Of a stretch of DNA of 64,000 bases, positions 38,984 to 52,204 are shown piece by piece; position 1 is the stretch's first letter; the number at the start of each line of letters is the position of its first letter. This DNA comes from Haliotis cracherodii (Eukaryota), in NCBI RefSeq assembly GCF_022045235.1, contig NW_027266286.1, positions 67,022,001 to 67,086,000 on the forward strand. The letters run 5' to 3'. Position numbers and translations under genes: made by a program. The notes beneath the pieces were generated by a model, which saw nothing but the letters and a program-made list of their open reading frames with translations, was not told where the DNA came from and searched no databases.

Positions 38984-39262
38984 GGGGGGAATGAGTGGCC
39001 CAGCTGTCTAAGGCCCGGGAATTGGCTGTGCAGAGTTGCATCCCTTGGGCATGGCAGAAACCCATGGTTGTGGGTTTGAATCCTGGTTCGCCCTGATTAT
39101 GTTTCTAGGTTTGTCAGCACCATACCCGTGCTCGTGGGTTTCACCAAAGTGGTAAATGCCAGAGACCTGCATCACTTCCGGCTGTCCTCCTACATTAAAT
39201 TGGCACACTATTACATCACTGAAATACTATTAAAAGCAGCGATAAACCCACTTCGCTAACTC
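38984..39262 (+). mobile_element. SINE family C
   Basis: tggcccagctgtctaaggc...cagagttgcatcccttgggc...gtgggtttgaatcc. Confidence 0.88.
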
Positions 39263-39304
39263 GTTCAAACCCATGAATGATTTTGTGCTAGAAATGGAAC
39301 ACAT

Positions 39305-39515
39305 AGGCCGCTTAAAAGGAGCTTCTTAAGGGATCAGGTGGTCAGGCTTGGTGACTTGGTTGATTGTGTGTCATTGTACCCCAACAGTGTGGCTCATTAT
39401 CATTCATAATATCAGTCACTGGATTGTCTGATCCTGACTTGATTATTTACAGGCTGCCACCATATAGATAGAATATTGGTGATTGTGGCCTTAAACTACA
39501 AAAAGACAAACAAAC
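39305..39515 (+). mobile_element. Degraded SINE-like family B
   Basis: gggatcaggtggtcaggctt...cactggattgtctg...gattatttacag. Confidence 0.8.
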
Positions 39516-39624
39516 CAATTCAATCATTCATTAACCAGCAACATAGCAAACATGGATTTCACTGGAAATGGTATGTCCAGATGAATGAATGTTGTGTACA
39601 TTGTTTCATGCTCATGTTGCTGAG

Positions 39625-39788
39625 TGAGTGAGTTAGTATGGTTTTACACCGCTTTTAGCAATATTCCAGCAATATCACAGCGGGGGACACCAGAAATGGG
39701 CTTCACACATTGTACCCATGTCGGGAATCAAACCCGGGTCTTCTGCGCGACAAGCGAATGCTTTATCCACCAGGCTACCCGGCTGCCA
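39625..39788 (-). mobile_element. SINE family A
   Basis: Perfect 14-bp TSD ctcatgttgctgag. Confidence 0.93.
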
Positions 39789-42248
39789 CTCATGTTGCTG
39801 AGAGGGTAATGGCTTTCAGTGACCAAACTGGTTTGTTGGTTTGTGGAGTAAGTGCATTTGGGTTCTGTTCAGTGGTAGAGAACCTGTGTACAAGACCTGT
39901 TTCCCCATCCCAGCTGTCTATCCTGGAGCGGTGCCACCCTGACGTCCTGGTCCATTGTTTCTCCCTTGTCTCACCAATTTAAATTAGTTCATAACTCCCG
40001 GTCTCTCTAAGACAACCACAGCCAGTTATCACAGGACTTCCAGAATTCTCCCCAAAATTTTATCTGCCAAAAATTGGTTGAAAAAACAGGTGTATGGTGA
40101 TTAAATAACACATCCCATCCCCGTTTTTGCCAGTTGTAATGATAAGCGTTGGTGAGGTATTTGTTTTTGGAGCTGCTTGAACATGAAGCTGTTTTGTTAG
40201 GTCTCTCTGGAGGCTATTCGCTCATCACCAGGCCATTTCGTGTGTATCTGCTGCTTACTGGGGAGACCCCCTGGGATCTAACATGGGAACCCCACGGTCG
40301 TTGCCGGTCCCAATCCACCCATACTCTCGACATATGTATAGAAGTTAACATAACAGTTTGCTCTGGGAGCAGAGCCGTCATAAGGTGTGGTATAGTTTGT
40401 AAATTACTGATGTAATGCATACATTGTTTTCAAATCTGTCAGATGGTGCTTATTGAAGTTATATGCTGAGATTTATAAGAATTCTGCATTGTTTGGTAAG
40501 ATTAATATGGGTGTTCTGTTTGGAGGTTTCTTTCAACATTTGTATTATTTTGCTAGTTGTAAACTCACCGTGTATATTTTGATTTCTTTTGTTTCCACTG
40601 TAACTAGAGAAGAATATTTGCCCCCCTGTGCTTTGAACTCCACTAAATACTCCATATTGTATTCCGGCCCACCATTAGGATGTATTACTGGCACCACAGG
40701 GAGAAATGTATACAAGTAATATGGTTTGAGTGAAAAAAACCATTATTATTTTGTCATTTTGTCTGAATTTTCCTTGCCACATAAATCATTCAAAGGTCTA
40801 TAAATAGATTGTTTTCTCCCATTTGGGTAAAGTTTCACGCAACTTTGTTGAAAATTTGAATTTGATACCAGTTGAGCTGTGTAAAAAGTGTGGTTTGGCT
40901 TCAGTAGGAACCCTCTGTGGTTTTTGTCCTGACACAGGAGTTGCGCGTCTGCTCGAGTGTTTTTGGGTGAGATTGTGGCAGGGAGTGTGAGTGATCGCTG
41001 GCCTGACACGTCAGACAAATGTAATGTCACTCCCATGAACAAAAAGGAAACTCAATTTGCTTCGGGAAAATATTGGGAATTTGGAAGAAGCCGTTGTTTT
41101 ATCAAGAAAAGCTGGAGCGATAACAGGACAGTGTGTTTGTAAGTGACAGCTGAAATGTTTACACTGTTGCGGGTTTTGCAATCATTAACCAAGTCGTCTT
41201 CCATCATTATTCGTAATCTAAAATTCTTACCATTTTTCCATTGCTCTAAAAACTGTTTGGGCAACTGATGTCAGTTTGATTAAGTTAAACACTTGTGTTT
41301 TCTGATTAGTGGAGTTTTCATTGCAAAAAGTTGGTTTGGACATTTGATCCGGAGAGGTATTTTTTTATCTATCATCATTCTTAAGTATGCCATAAGTCCT
41401 GTTTAAACAGAAGGTGATTGTTATTGAAGGGCTGACTCAGAGCTTATTCAAGACAGGCGTTCATTTTATCCAGCCAATTTGGTATTTTCCATTTTCAGCT
41501 AGAGGGGTAATGATAATTTTCTCCTCTTGATACAGTAAACAATGTACAGGATGCTTACTCGGCACATTGGTGGAGATTTATTACATCACGGACACAAGGG
41601 GGTACAGGAAGCCCAAGAGTATTGGGTGCCACAATTTGTTGTGAAGAATTGTGGCCCTTTGCTAAGCCAGGATCCACTGGTTCAAATTCCAAAGCTGCCT
41701 CAATAATGATGTCTGTCAGGACAACACAACAACACAACCAAGACACACCTCAACACAACACCATACACAACACAGACAGAATGCCACATATAACATAACA
41801 CAACATAACACACAGCACAACACATAACACAACACACACAGCACAACACAATATGACACACACACATGCTCAGACACACATACATGCTCGTTGTTTGATT
41901 CCAAGATGAGCATCAGTCCTTGACAGAAGCAGAGCGGGGTTCATGGGCTCTTCATCGGATGTTGCTGAATTTAGGCTTCTGAGTGATCATAATGACGGCT
42001 GTTTCGATCACATATGACCTGTGACATTCTGAGCTTTCCTCCTACCACAAGTTGACACCAGATAGCTGAAAAACTGTACTAAGCAGAGTTGACCCTATTT
42101 ACTCATTCATTCATTAATGAATCATAGAATATTTATCACCATACCAAAAAATTGTGACATTGAATTTTGAATAATGTTTTTGAATGTTTTTTTTATGTAA
42201 GTAAGCTTACTTATAGTTTTCTCAAGAATTTTTAAATCGAAATTCACA

Positions 42249-42422
42249 TACGGAACCATGATTATAACGAACACGCTTCTAACAAACTGACCGATATAAC
42301 AAACTTTTTTTTTAGTCCCGGCCATTTGTTGTATGTATGCTGTATATATGCTTATAACGAACTACGGTTATAACGAACTAAATATGGTTCCTTTGAGTTC
42401 GTTGTAACCGTAGTTTACTGTA
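42249..42422. mobile_element. pogo/Tigger-like MITE
   Basis: Repeated ttataacgaac; right terminus gttcgttgtaaccgtagtttactgTA (CAGT-type TIR, TA TSD). Confidence 0.7.
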
Positions 42423-43854
42423 ATTCGTAACCTGATATTGACACAAACAATTATTGTGTATATTCAGAGGCATTACATGTGTACATATGAATTCTCTTCC
42501 TTTTTCATATGTAAGATTTTTCATTTACATATTCTCCTTTAAGCTTCTGCTGATGCAATCTTTTATAGTTTGAATTCTTCCTGGGTCTCACATGACATTT
42601 TAATAGACAATAAAACCCTAAGTGTGTAGCCTGGGGATTGATATCGGAATCATAATGCCATCTGGTGATGACCGGCATCTTCTGGCTGATCAAGTCCTTG
42701 ATGTGCTCACGTCCATATTCCAGATTGTATAGATTGCCTGTAGATGTACGGTTTATTGATACTGGCAATACAAAAATCAAACAGTAATGTAGAGTCCATG
42801 TTTTTGTAGACAGTGATTTCGGAACACGAACAGTTTGGTTTGCCCCAGGCTTTGACGAAGAACTTTTATTGCCAAATTTGCCTCTAAATTACAACGTCTT
42901 CCAATTCTAATCTGTTTTTTACCTGCCATTAATGACAGCGACATTTCGCCGCTGCTGGGGGCTGTATAATGGAAGGAAATATTAAGGTAGCTAGGGGATG
43001 TATGTGGAATTGCATTTCATAGAAGTCAGTCATTACTCGATATGAGAACTTTCTAATTAAATTCCAATTATTAATTTAAAAACTGTGATAGAATTGTTCA
43101 TTTAACAAGATTCCAAAGATGACATTTTCAAATGAGGATTTAACATTTTCTTGGACCAATTTAGAGAGTTTAGAATCAACAAACGTATTTTCCACATCAA
43201 TATCTTCTCCCGATTGGGTTATTTCTCATTCTATACATGTTCGGGCATATATAACGTATTTATTCAACTTTTGCTGTTGTGGAGTATTATCTGTGAATAT
43301 GGGGATAAATGAGCCTGTGAAATGTTCATTTTACCCTTGCAGCTCCGTCCACCCATTTCAGAGCGGGAAATCACATAAAACTGGAACCAAATTGTCTGCC
43401 AGTCTCCCTGGAGGTTCTTGATGACTTCAGCTTCTTCTGAAGAGACGGGGATAATTCTGGCCCCAGTCACCATATTTCTGACCATGTTTGACAATACAAG
43501 TGTATCATTGTGACAGGACAAAGCTCCAATGGCTGCTACTCCAGGTCATCTCTGATACAGAACAGTTTGTATTGTGGAGGAAATTATGGGGCAATATTGT
43601 GATGGCGCCCGCACCCTTCTCACAGTGTAGCATTCTAAAATCATCCCTATTGATTGTTTGCAGCGTCCCATCCAAAGTCTTGACATGTCGAGGTACTTAA
43701 GTTCACCTCGACCATGCTTTGAATCGGATTCAGGATCTTGTTTTTGTGATCTGTTCCTGTAGGCCTTTAATAAATAACAGTTTAAGACATCATCAACCTA
43801 CTTTGTTACTCTCCTTTACCATCCTTAGTACTGTCAGGCCCTGATACATCCCAG

Positions 43855-44470
43855 TGTCTGTTAGTAGAGACAGGTGTCCAGTTGGGACAGGTGTCCAGTA
43901 GAGAGAGGTGTCCTGTAGAGGCAAGTGTCCATTAGAGGCAGGTGTCAAGTAGAAAGAGGTGTCAAGTAGAGGCAGGCGTCCATGGTGTCCAGTAAATACA
44001 GGTGTCCAGTAGGGACAGGTGTTCTGTAGAGGCAGGTGTCCATTAGAGGCAGGTGTCAAAGGTGTCCAGTGGAGACAGTTGTGCAATATGAAACAGGTGT
44101 CCTGTAGAGGCAAGTGTCCAGTAGAGGCAGGTGTCCAAGGTGTCCAGTAGAGACAGGTGTCCAGTAGAGGCAGGTGTTCAGTAGAGTAGGTGTCCAGTAG
44201 GGGCAGATGTCTAAGGTGTCCAGTAGAGGCAGGTGTCTTAGGTGTCTAGTAGAGGTAGGTGTCTAGTAGAGACGGGTGTCCAGGAGAGGCAGGTGTCCAA
44301 GGTGTCCAGGAGAGCAGGTGTCCCGTAGAGGCAGGTATATAAGGTGTCCAGTAGAGACAGGTGTCCAGGAGAGGCAGGTGTCCAAGGTGTCCAGTAGAGA
44401 TGGTGTCCAGTAGAGGCAGGTGTCTAAGGTTTCTACTAGAGGAAGGTGTCTAGTAGAGATGGGTGTCCAA
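43855..44470. repeat. Degenerate minisatellite, ~18-bp unit GGTGTCCAGTAGAGGCAG with 9-bp GGTGTCCAA subunits
   Basis: Seen directly. Confidence 0.9.
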
Positions 44471-45511
44471 GCTGCACATGTGGCCTCTGTGTCTGTATGC
44501 CCATGTGTAACCTCTGTCTGTATGCCCATGTGGTTGGAATTGCATCTGATTGGAACCAGTCTGGCTTCCATCTTGCTCTCCATTCTGACACGGTTGCCAT
44601 CAAGGTGAACTTTTCCTTTCTGCCTTTCTAATTTAAAAAAGCTTGGTTAGTTGGTGATTGGCAGGGGCTGACATATGTGATCTTTCTCTTTTGTCTATTT
44701 GTACGTGAGAAAATCAAGATGTCAGGAAAGTGTGTATGAAAACCATACTCAGTTATGAATCCGGTCGGCCTTTGTTGAGAGATAGACCATCTTCCTCCAG
44801 ACCGCTCTTCATCATGTAGATCAAAAGCAGCTCGACAGCATCGCATGCCACACCAGTGGACTTCCTCCTCATATTCAAGCAATATTGGGACTTCCTAACC
44901 CCAGGTTCAAGAAAGTGGTCGACAGAGAGGGCATCTCTGTGTTCACCCAACCTTACATTTGTTTGATGTTTACTTCTAAAGCACTTCATTTGCTTCATGA
45001 CAGATGAGTAAGTTATTTCTGATATTACTTTGTCAACAATCATACCCTGAACGAGAGATGGGAATTCCCAACATACAGGCCATCAGGAGGAGACAGTAAT
45101 ATTCAGCTTGCACTTCTCAACAACAATCTTTTCTTATTACTGATGTTTTTTTAGTAAGAAGCTCTTTGGTTGATTGTACTTTCTTCGTCATTGCTTATTT
45201 ATATGAATGTTTTTATTGGGATTGTTTATGTTGAATTGACAATGATTTATGTAACAGTAAATATCTGAATTAAACTAAATAAACCTGAGTGTTCAGTTGT
45301 AGCAGGATATAAACTACTTGGCATTGGATTTTGTGTTTCCAGGGCAATAACAAGTCGAACCAGGGTCAAGTGTAGGCTCCATTTTACAGAGAATAACTCA
45401 TAAATATCATGATTGTATGATGCGAGGGTTTGGATAGGTCCTCAGCAACATATGCTTGGTTTGGGAGGCAGTAGAATGGATCGGGTGGTGACTCAGTTGA
45501 TCGTGTGACAT

Positions 45512-45757
45512 TGTTTGTTTGTTGTTTAACGCTGCACTCAGCAATATTCCAGCTACATGACAGTGTTCTGTAAATATTCGAGTCTGGACCAGACAGTCCT
45601 GTGATTGATATCAGCAATTGGGATAAGATGACATGCATCAACAAAGTCAGCGAGCCTGACAACCCGATCCTGTTAGTAGCCTCTTAAGACAAGCGTAGAC
45701 GTCTTTTATGGCAAGCATGGGTTGCTGAAGACCTATTCTACCCCGGATCTTCACAGG
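45512..45757 (-). mobile_element. SINE-like family B, full length
   Basis: Intact head; TSD gtgtgacat. Confidence 0.9.
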
Positions 45758-46209
45758 TGTGACATCCTGACAGAGTAGGACGTAGCCCATAATGCAGTGT
45801 TTATTAAAAAAACAAGCACGGCATCATACATCCATTCAGGAATTCTTTTTGCTCATTTGCTATGGAATTTAGAGTTTGAAAATATAATATGTGACACTGC
45901 TATCAAATGAAAAGTTTAATGTCCAGTACCATTACTAACTTACGCCTTTGGACTAAGATATTGCAAGCATCAAGGAAAAAAGGGAATCATTTGGTTTAGT
46001 CATATCATCAAATCAGTTGTTCTCACAAGCTTAAGTATAAACTTTTTTCGTTTTTATGAGATATATGACATACTTTTTGTGATTTTATGCACATATTTAA
46101 AAAGGTGGGATATCAATGACTTTGTCTTCTTCTTGTGTTATACACCTTCGTGCTTCTCATGGATCGGCAGTCAGGTAACCTTGTGGTTAAAGTGTGCTCG
46201 CTTGTCAAA

Positions 46210-46361
46210 CTAATTGAGTTTTACGCCACTTTTTATTCCATCATTATTACTGCAGGGAATGCCAGAAATGACCTTCACAAGTTGTACCCATGTGGGGAAA
46301 TGAACCCAGACCCTTTGCATGACAAGCAAACACTTTAACCACGGGGCTACCCCACCGCCCC
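46210..46361 (-). mobile_element. Old SINE family A, abutting a plus-strand family A head at 46163-46207
   Basis: Reverse-complement match ending ggctaccccaccgcccc. Confidence 0.8.
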
Positions 46362-47519
46362 TCTTTGAAGAGTCAATAGGAGTGTGCGAGTATGTTACAC
46401 AAGCTGTTCTGTCATAGAAATTGTTATTTATAAACAAACAAATCTGGCCGTTTTCAAGCAGAAGATGTGTTAAGTGTATAGTTTGAAGGCAGCTGAGCAG
46501 TGAGACCCTCCTCCACTGCTGGCACGCTGGCCCTCTGTCTGTATCCATGATCTGGCCACCCGGGTGACACACCATATCACCTTCATCTGTGGAGACCCTC
46601 ATCTTTCGTTACTTGGTTGTTTTCACATGTTTTTTTCTTTAAGTGAAGTCTTCTATTTCTGTCATAGATTTGCTCAAGAACTAGCTAATCTTGCTGCCTA
46701 TCAGAACCGCAACCTACAAAAACAGCTGAAAAAAGTGAAGAATTCGGATTTGCACATGATTTGTGTGTATGTCGACAGGCGAGCGACTGTTATATCTATC
46801 TGCTGCTGGTAGGATCGCCTGCTGTACGACTGCCAGCAGCCTGGCCTGTCACTTGTATCTGCCACAAGGGGGCAGCACCAACATCCTCCACAGGAAACAC
46901 AGGTACCCTGCCTAACAGACAAACTGGGTGTGATCGCCAACCTGACCCGGCCAGGCTTTGTAATCAGCTGAAACTCAAGAACCGAGAAGAACTTTTTTAC
47001 TTTCGGCAGAAGAAGATGAATTAGTCCTTCGTAACCTCCTGGTAAAATCTCAGGAGAATGCGGCTACATTTGCGGGATACAGAATGTGTATGGACTTGGC
47101 AGTCGGTGCTGAAACAACTCCATCTTCTACTGGCATTTCCCATTCTGACAGCATGTCAGCATCTACACTCCCCTGACCCTGGGAATTAATGGTGGCATTA
47201 CAAATGAAAACTATTACTTCTCCAACCAATACTGGAGAACCTGGCTTCTCCTTCGCTCGGTTTGCCCCCACGGCCTCCAGTCATTAATCAACCTTAAAAC
47301 TCTTGTGTTGATTTCTATGTCAGGCTTTTTTATCAACTGTTGGGTCGATGGGGAGAGTGTGATGAAAACATAAAGCCATTTTGTTCTTTGGATTTGTTTC
47401 AACAAAAGTCAGGAGGTGATTAATCTCAAGACAAAATAGTAATTGTCAACATGTGTTCTTTTTGAGATTATTTGTTATGGTAATGTGACGTCAGTGAATA
47501 GACAATCATGTTTTAGATA

Positions 47520-48238
47520 CTGTGTTCCCTCGCAATTGCGGCCTTCAATTTAGCACTAACTCGGTTATAGGGCGCGGTAACGCATGGCTTCCAAAATTTA
47601 TCTACTTTTTTAGGAAACTCAAGTTTTACACTGACACAATGTTTTTCCCCATCGCAAAAAAAATATTACCAGTTGATCACTGTGAGCAGGCAACACCGGA
47701 AATACCAATCAAGAAATCCAAACTGAAGTCTGCAATTAAATCTTTTTATTATACTATCTGGTTATAAAAAATTGATTCGTTGTATTTATAGACTTATATT
47801 TGGGACTTTTTTGTAAATTTTATTCACAATTCCATTCAATATTGTTTACATTATTTTCAGCGAAATCGTGTGTGAAGTGATCGGTAGAGCTCACAACTCA
47901 ATGTTATTTACAGCAACCATGGTCAGATAACCGCTATCAATGCCTTGAAATGAACTTTAGTTGACAAAATGGATACATATATCATAAATGCCACACTTTG
48001 AATCGTTAAAAGTCGTATTTAATCTAGTATTACTTGTTTTCGTGAAAGTGATCGCTATCGCGAGTATGTGAGCCTCAACAGTGACTTGTCAAATTATTGA
48101 ATGCGTAAACAAATATCTGGCAATAGCGATCAGCTGTACCAAAGTGCTACGACTCCACCTCGGCTAAACTGCTGATTGCTCTAAAATGCTCACCAATTAT
48201 TTGGACCCCCAAGGTAGCGTTGTAGCGAGGGGTCACTG
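47520..48238. mobile_element. pogo/Tigger-like non-autonomous DNA transposon (~720 bp)
   Basis: TA-ctgtgttccctcgc ... gcgaggggtcactg-TA; internal homology to 30600-30885. Confidence 0.75.
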
Positions 48239-48273
48239 TAATAGGACTGCACATTTCAGGAAATGGAGTTCTG

Positions 48274-48381
48274 GGCCCACTTGCACAAAGCAATCTTAGC
48301 GCTAAGACTTATCATAAGCCTATGTGAAAGTATGGGAGTTGCAATTATCTTAGCGTTAAAATCACTTTGTGCAAGTGGGCC
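48274..48381. mobile_element. PIF/Harbinger-like palindromic MITE
   Basis: Perfect TIRs ggcccacttgcacaaag / ctttgtgcaagtgggcc with CWG flanks (ctg/cag); partial copy at 52620-52683. Confidence 0.8.
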
Positions 48382-48391
48382 CAGTACTGTA

Positions 48392-50412
48392 TGTATCTGG
48401 CTGTGTTGATGTGACAGTGGGTGTCCCCATGGTGTCTGGCTGTGTTGATGTGACAGTGGGTGTCCCCATGGTGTCTGGCTGTGTTGATGTGACTGTGGGT
48501 GTCCCCATGGTGTCTGGCTGTGTTGATGTGACAGTGGGTGTCCCCATGGTGTCTGGCTGTGTTGATGTGACAGTGGGTGTCCCCATGGTGTCTGGCTGTG
48601 TTGATGTGACTGTGGGTGTCCCCATGGTGTCTGGCTGTGTTGATGTGACTGTGGGTGTCCCCATGGTGTCTGGCTGTGTTGATGTGACAGTGGGTGTCCC
48701 CATGGTGTCTGGCTGTGTTGATGTGACTATGGGTGTCTCTATGGTGTCCGGCTGTGTTGATTGACAGTTGGTGTCCCCATGATGTCTGGCTGTGTTGATG
48801 TGACTGTGGGTGTCCCCATGGTGTCTGGCTGTGTCGATGTGACTGTGGGTGTCCCCATGGTGTCTGGCTGTGTCGATGTGACTGTGGGTGTCCCCATGGT
48901 GTCTGGCTGTGTCGATGTGACTGTCAGTGTCCCCATGGTGTCTGGCTGTGTTGATGTGACAGTGGGTGTCCCCATGGTGTCTGGCTGTGTTGATGTGACA
49001 GTGGGTGTCCCCATGGTGTCTGGCTGTGTTGATGTGACAGTGGGTGTCCCCATGGTGTCTGGCTGTGTCGATGTGACTGTGGATGTCCCCATGGTGTCCG
49101 GCTGTGTTGATGTGACAGTGGGTGTCCCCATGGTGTCTGGCTGTGTCGATGTGACTGTGGGTGTCCCCATGGTGTCCGGCTTTGTCGATGTGACAGTGGG
49201 TTTCCCCAAGGTGTCTGGCTGTGTCGATGTGACTGTGGGTGTCCCTATGGTGTGGCTGTGTTGATGTGACAGTGGGTGTCCCCATGGTGTCTGGCTGTGT
49301 TGATGTGACAGTGGGTGTCCCCAAGGTGTCTGGCTGTGTTGATGTGACTGTGGGTGTCCCCAAGGTGTCTAGCTGTGTTGATGTGACTATGGGTGTCTCT
49401 ATGGTGTCCGGCTGTGTTGATTGACAGTGGGTGTCTCCAAGGTGTCTGTCTGTGTTGATGTGACTGTGGGTGTCCCCATGGTGTCCGGCTGTGTTGAAGT
49501 GACAGTGGGTGTCCCCATGGTGTCCGGCTGTGTCGATGTGACTGTGGGTGTCCCCATGGTGTCTGGCTGTGTCGATGTGACTGTGGGTGTCCCCATGGTG
49601 TCTGGCTGTGTCGATGTGACTGTGGGTGTCCCCATGGTGTCTGGCTGTGTCGATGTGACTGTCGGTGTCCCCATGGTGTCCGGCTGTGTTGATGTGACAG
49701 TGGGTGTCCCCATGGTGTCTGTCTGTGTTGATGTGAGTATGGTTGTCCCTATGGTGTCTGGCTGTGTTGATGTGACAGTGGGTGTCCCCATGGTGTCTAG
49801 CTGTGTCGATGTGACTGTCGGTGTCCCCATGGTGTCTGGCTGTGTCGATGTGACTGTCGGTGTCCCCATGGTGTCTAGCTGTGTTGATGTGACTGTGGGT
49901 GTCCCCATGGTGTCTGTCTGTGTTGATGTGAGTATGGTTGTCCCTATGGTGTCTGGCTGTGTCGATGTGACAGTGGGTGTCTCCATGGTGTCTGTCTGTG
50001 TTGATGTGAGTATGGTTGTCCCTATGGTGTCTGGCTATGTTGATGTGACAGTGGGTGTCTCCAAGGTGTCCGGCTGTGTTGATGTGACATTGGTTGTCCC
50101 TATGGTGTCTGGCTGTGTTGATGTGACTGTGGGTGTCCCCAAGGTGTCTAGCTGTTTTGATGTGACTATGGGTGTCTCTATGGTGTCCGGCTGTGTTGAT
50201 TGACAGTTGGTGTCCCCATGGTGTCTGGCTGTGTCGATGTGACAGTGGGTGTCCCCATGGTGTCTGGCTGTGTTGATGTGACAGTGGGTGTCCCCATGGT
50301 GTCTGTCTGTGTTGATGTGAGTATGGTTGTCCCATGGTGTCTGGCTGTGTTGATGTGACAGTTAGTGTCCCCATGGTGTCCGGCTGTGTCGATGTGACTG
50401 TGGGTGTCCCAG
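48392..50412. repeat. Minisatellite, 39-bp unit GTGTCTGGCTGTGTTGATGTGACAGTGGGTGTCCCCATG, ~52 copies
   Basis: Tandem array with several frame-breaking deletions; source of the ORFs at 48362-50528. Confidence 0.97.
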
Positions 50413-51810
50413 ATGTGTCTCACTCACTCACTCACTCACTCACTCACTCTGCCCAGATATCAGTCCCGTACTCAAAACTTAAAATCTCAACAACAAGCAA
50501 CCATTTACATTCTTTTTTACCCTTCTAAATGCAAGAAAAAATGTTAAATTTGATTTTTCTGAAAATCAAATATGAGTTTTCCTCCCATATGGCACAGTTT
50601 GCAATACATGCTGATGAACTTCCTATTCCATGTCTGACTCGTCAGGCTTTCCAATGGTTTCTGCTGAATTATGTATCAACAGAAGAGGCAGCTAGTTTGC
50701 CTGGAAATCTTGCATATGCCATCCAATTACTGTGGCCAGCTCAGCAGCACAGTGGGGGCTGCAGGAAGGTGAGATCCTTGTTGAGAGTGTGATTAATCAG
50801 ACCAGTAACATGTGGGGCATGTTCCTCTAAAAACAATATGACCACCTTTTCTAATGATGTTTAGTTTGGAAGATCCATGTTCCATGAATAGTTTATGTCT
50901 TCATTGGAGAAATCACTCAATTAGAGACAAGGGGGCTTTCCTCTTTTATCCTACACATATGAGTTTAAACTGTTTCAACTTCCAAGTTTGGCATGTGTAA
51001 GAGACTTGTCCCACAGCACTCTGGGGACGGAGCTTTTGGAGCTCCACTGAAATTAGCCTCATTCCTGCTTTCTAATTTCAACAAGGTTTGTTTTTTAGCT
51101 TGTCAGCAAGATAATTGAACATCAGCAAATTGATGTTTTTGGAGGTGGTGTTTCTGTGCCCTGTCTAGGTAGGGTAGTTTTCTATACAAAGCTCGTGTGT
51201 GCAATGTTGATTCAGCCTGCCCTGGGCCAAGGCTCGATTGCACACATCCCTGTCTACCATCCATCACCGTGACACTGTAATTGCTTTCTCGTTATGTTTC
51301 TGCATTTCTCCACATCATTACGCCACTAAATTGCCACTAATAACACGCAGGCTGCAAGTTTTGCCTGCCAATATCATGATTTTGATTAAAGTGTCAGTCT
51401 GCCTGATTAATGGTGGGGACAGGGGCAAAGACAGGTGACTTTAGTCCAGTCACCTTGAACTTGTTTAGATAACCAGATACAACCAATGGAGCTGATTGAA
51501 AGCTTTCATTACACCTAGGGCCAATGTTACGCCAATTTCCAACTAAACATGGGATTAACTCCTTACACAAATGTTTCATACCTGATTACCCATAATGAGG
51601 CAGGAGTTGCTGTGCCCTGCAGTATACCCCATGCATCAACGGGGATGTTCCTCTCCTTCATGCTGCTGTCGATGATGTTGTTCAAACTTCTCCCATTGGC
51701 AGTACATCCTACCCCTTCATGCTCCAGAGAGTGCCGCCCATGTGGACGTGTTCAGCAGGTCCGCCTCTGTAGTGAAATGAACTTCGTTGAGATTACTGGC
51801 CTATGTACAT

Positions 51811-52006
51811 NNNNNNNNNNNNNNNNNNNNNNNNNNNNNNNNNNNNNNNNNNNNNNNNNNNNNNNNNNNNNNNNNNNNNNNNNNNNNNNNNNNNNNNNNN
51901 NNNNNNNNNNNNNNNNNNNNNNNNNNNNNNNNNNNNNNNNNNNNNNNNNNNNNNNNNNNNNNNNNNNNNNNNNNNNNNNNNNNNNNNNNNNNNNNNNNNN
52001 NNNNNN
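51811..52006. other. Assembly gap (196 N)
   Basis: Run of n. Confidence 1.
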
Positions 52007-52204
52007 GTGATTGCTGTATATTCTATGTATATGCCAAGGTTTCAGATGAAGTGCTATGTGCAGAAAGACGCAGGAAGTCATTGAGTTTGTTTTGAGACGT
52101 TTACTTCTGTAGATTTATGACTCGTAACACACGCCGCTACCACCGGACTGCCTTCATGGTAAACACATAGCAGAGTCCTGCCTGGTCAAAGACGTAGTAG
52201 ACAC

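Noticed and set aside
48362-50528. Mucin-like (MGTPTVTSTQPDT) and His-rich ORFs up to 670 aa
   Set aside because: Translations of a 39-bp minisatellite that is open in several frames and broken by indels; no splice context.
51549-52095. ORFs spanning the N run
   Set aside because: Artefacts of translating the assembly gap.
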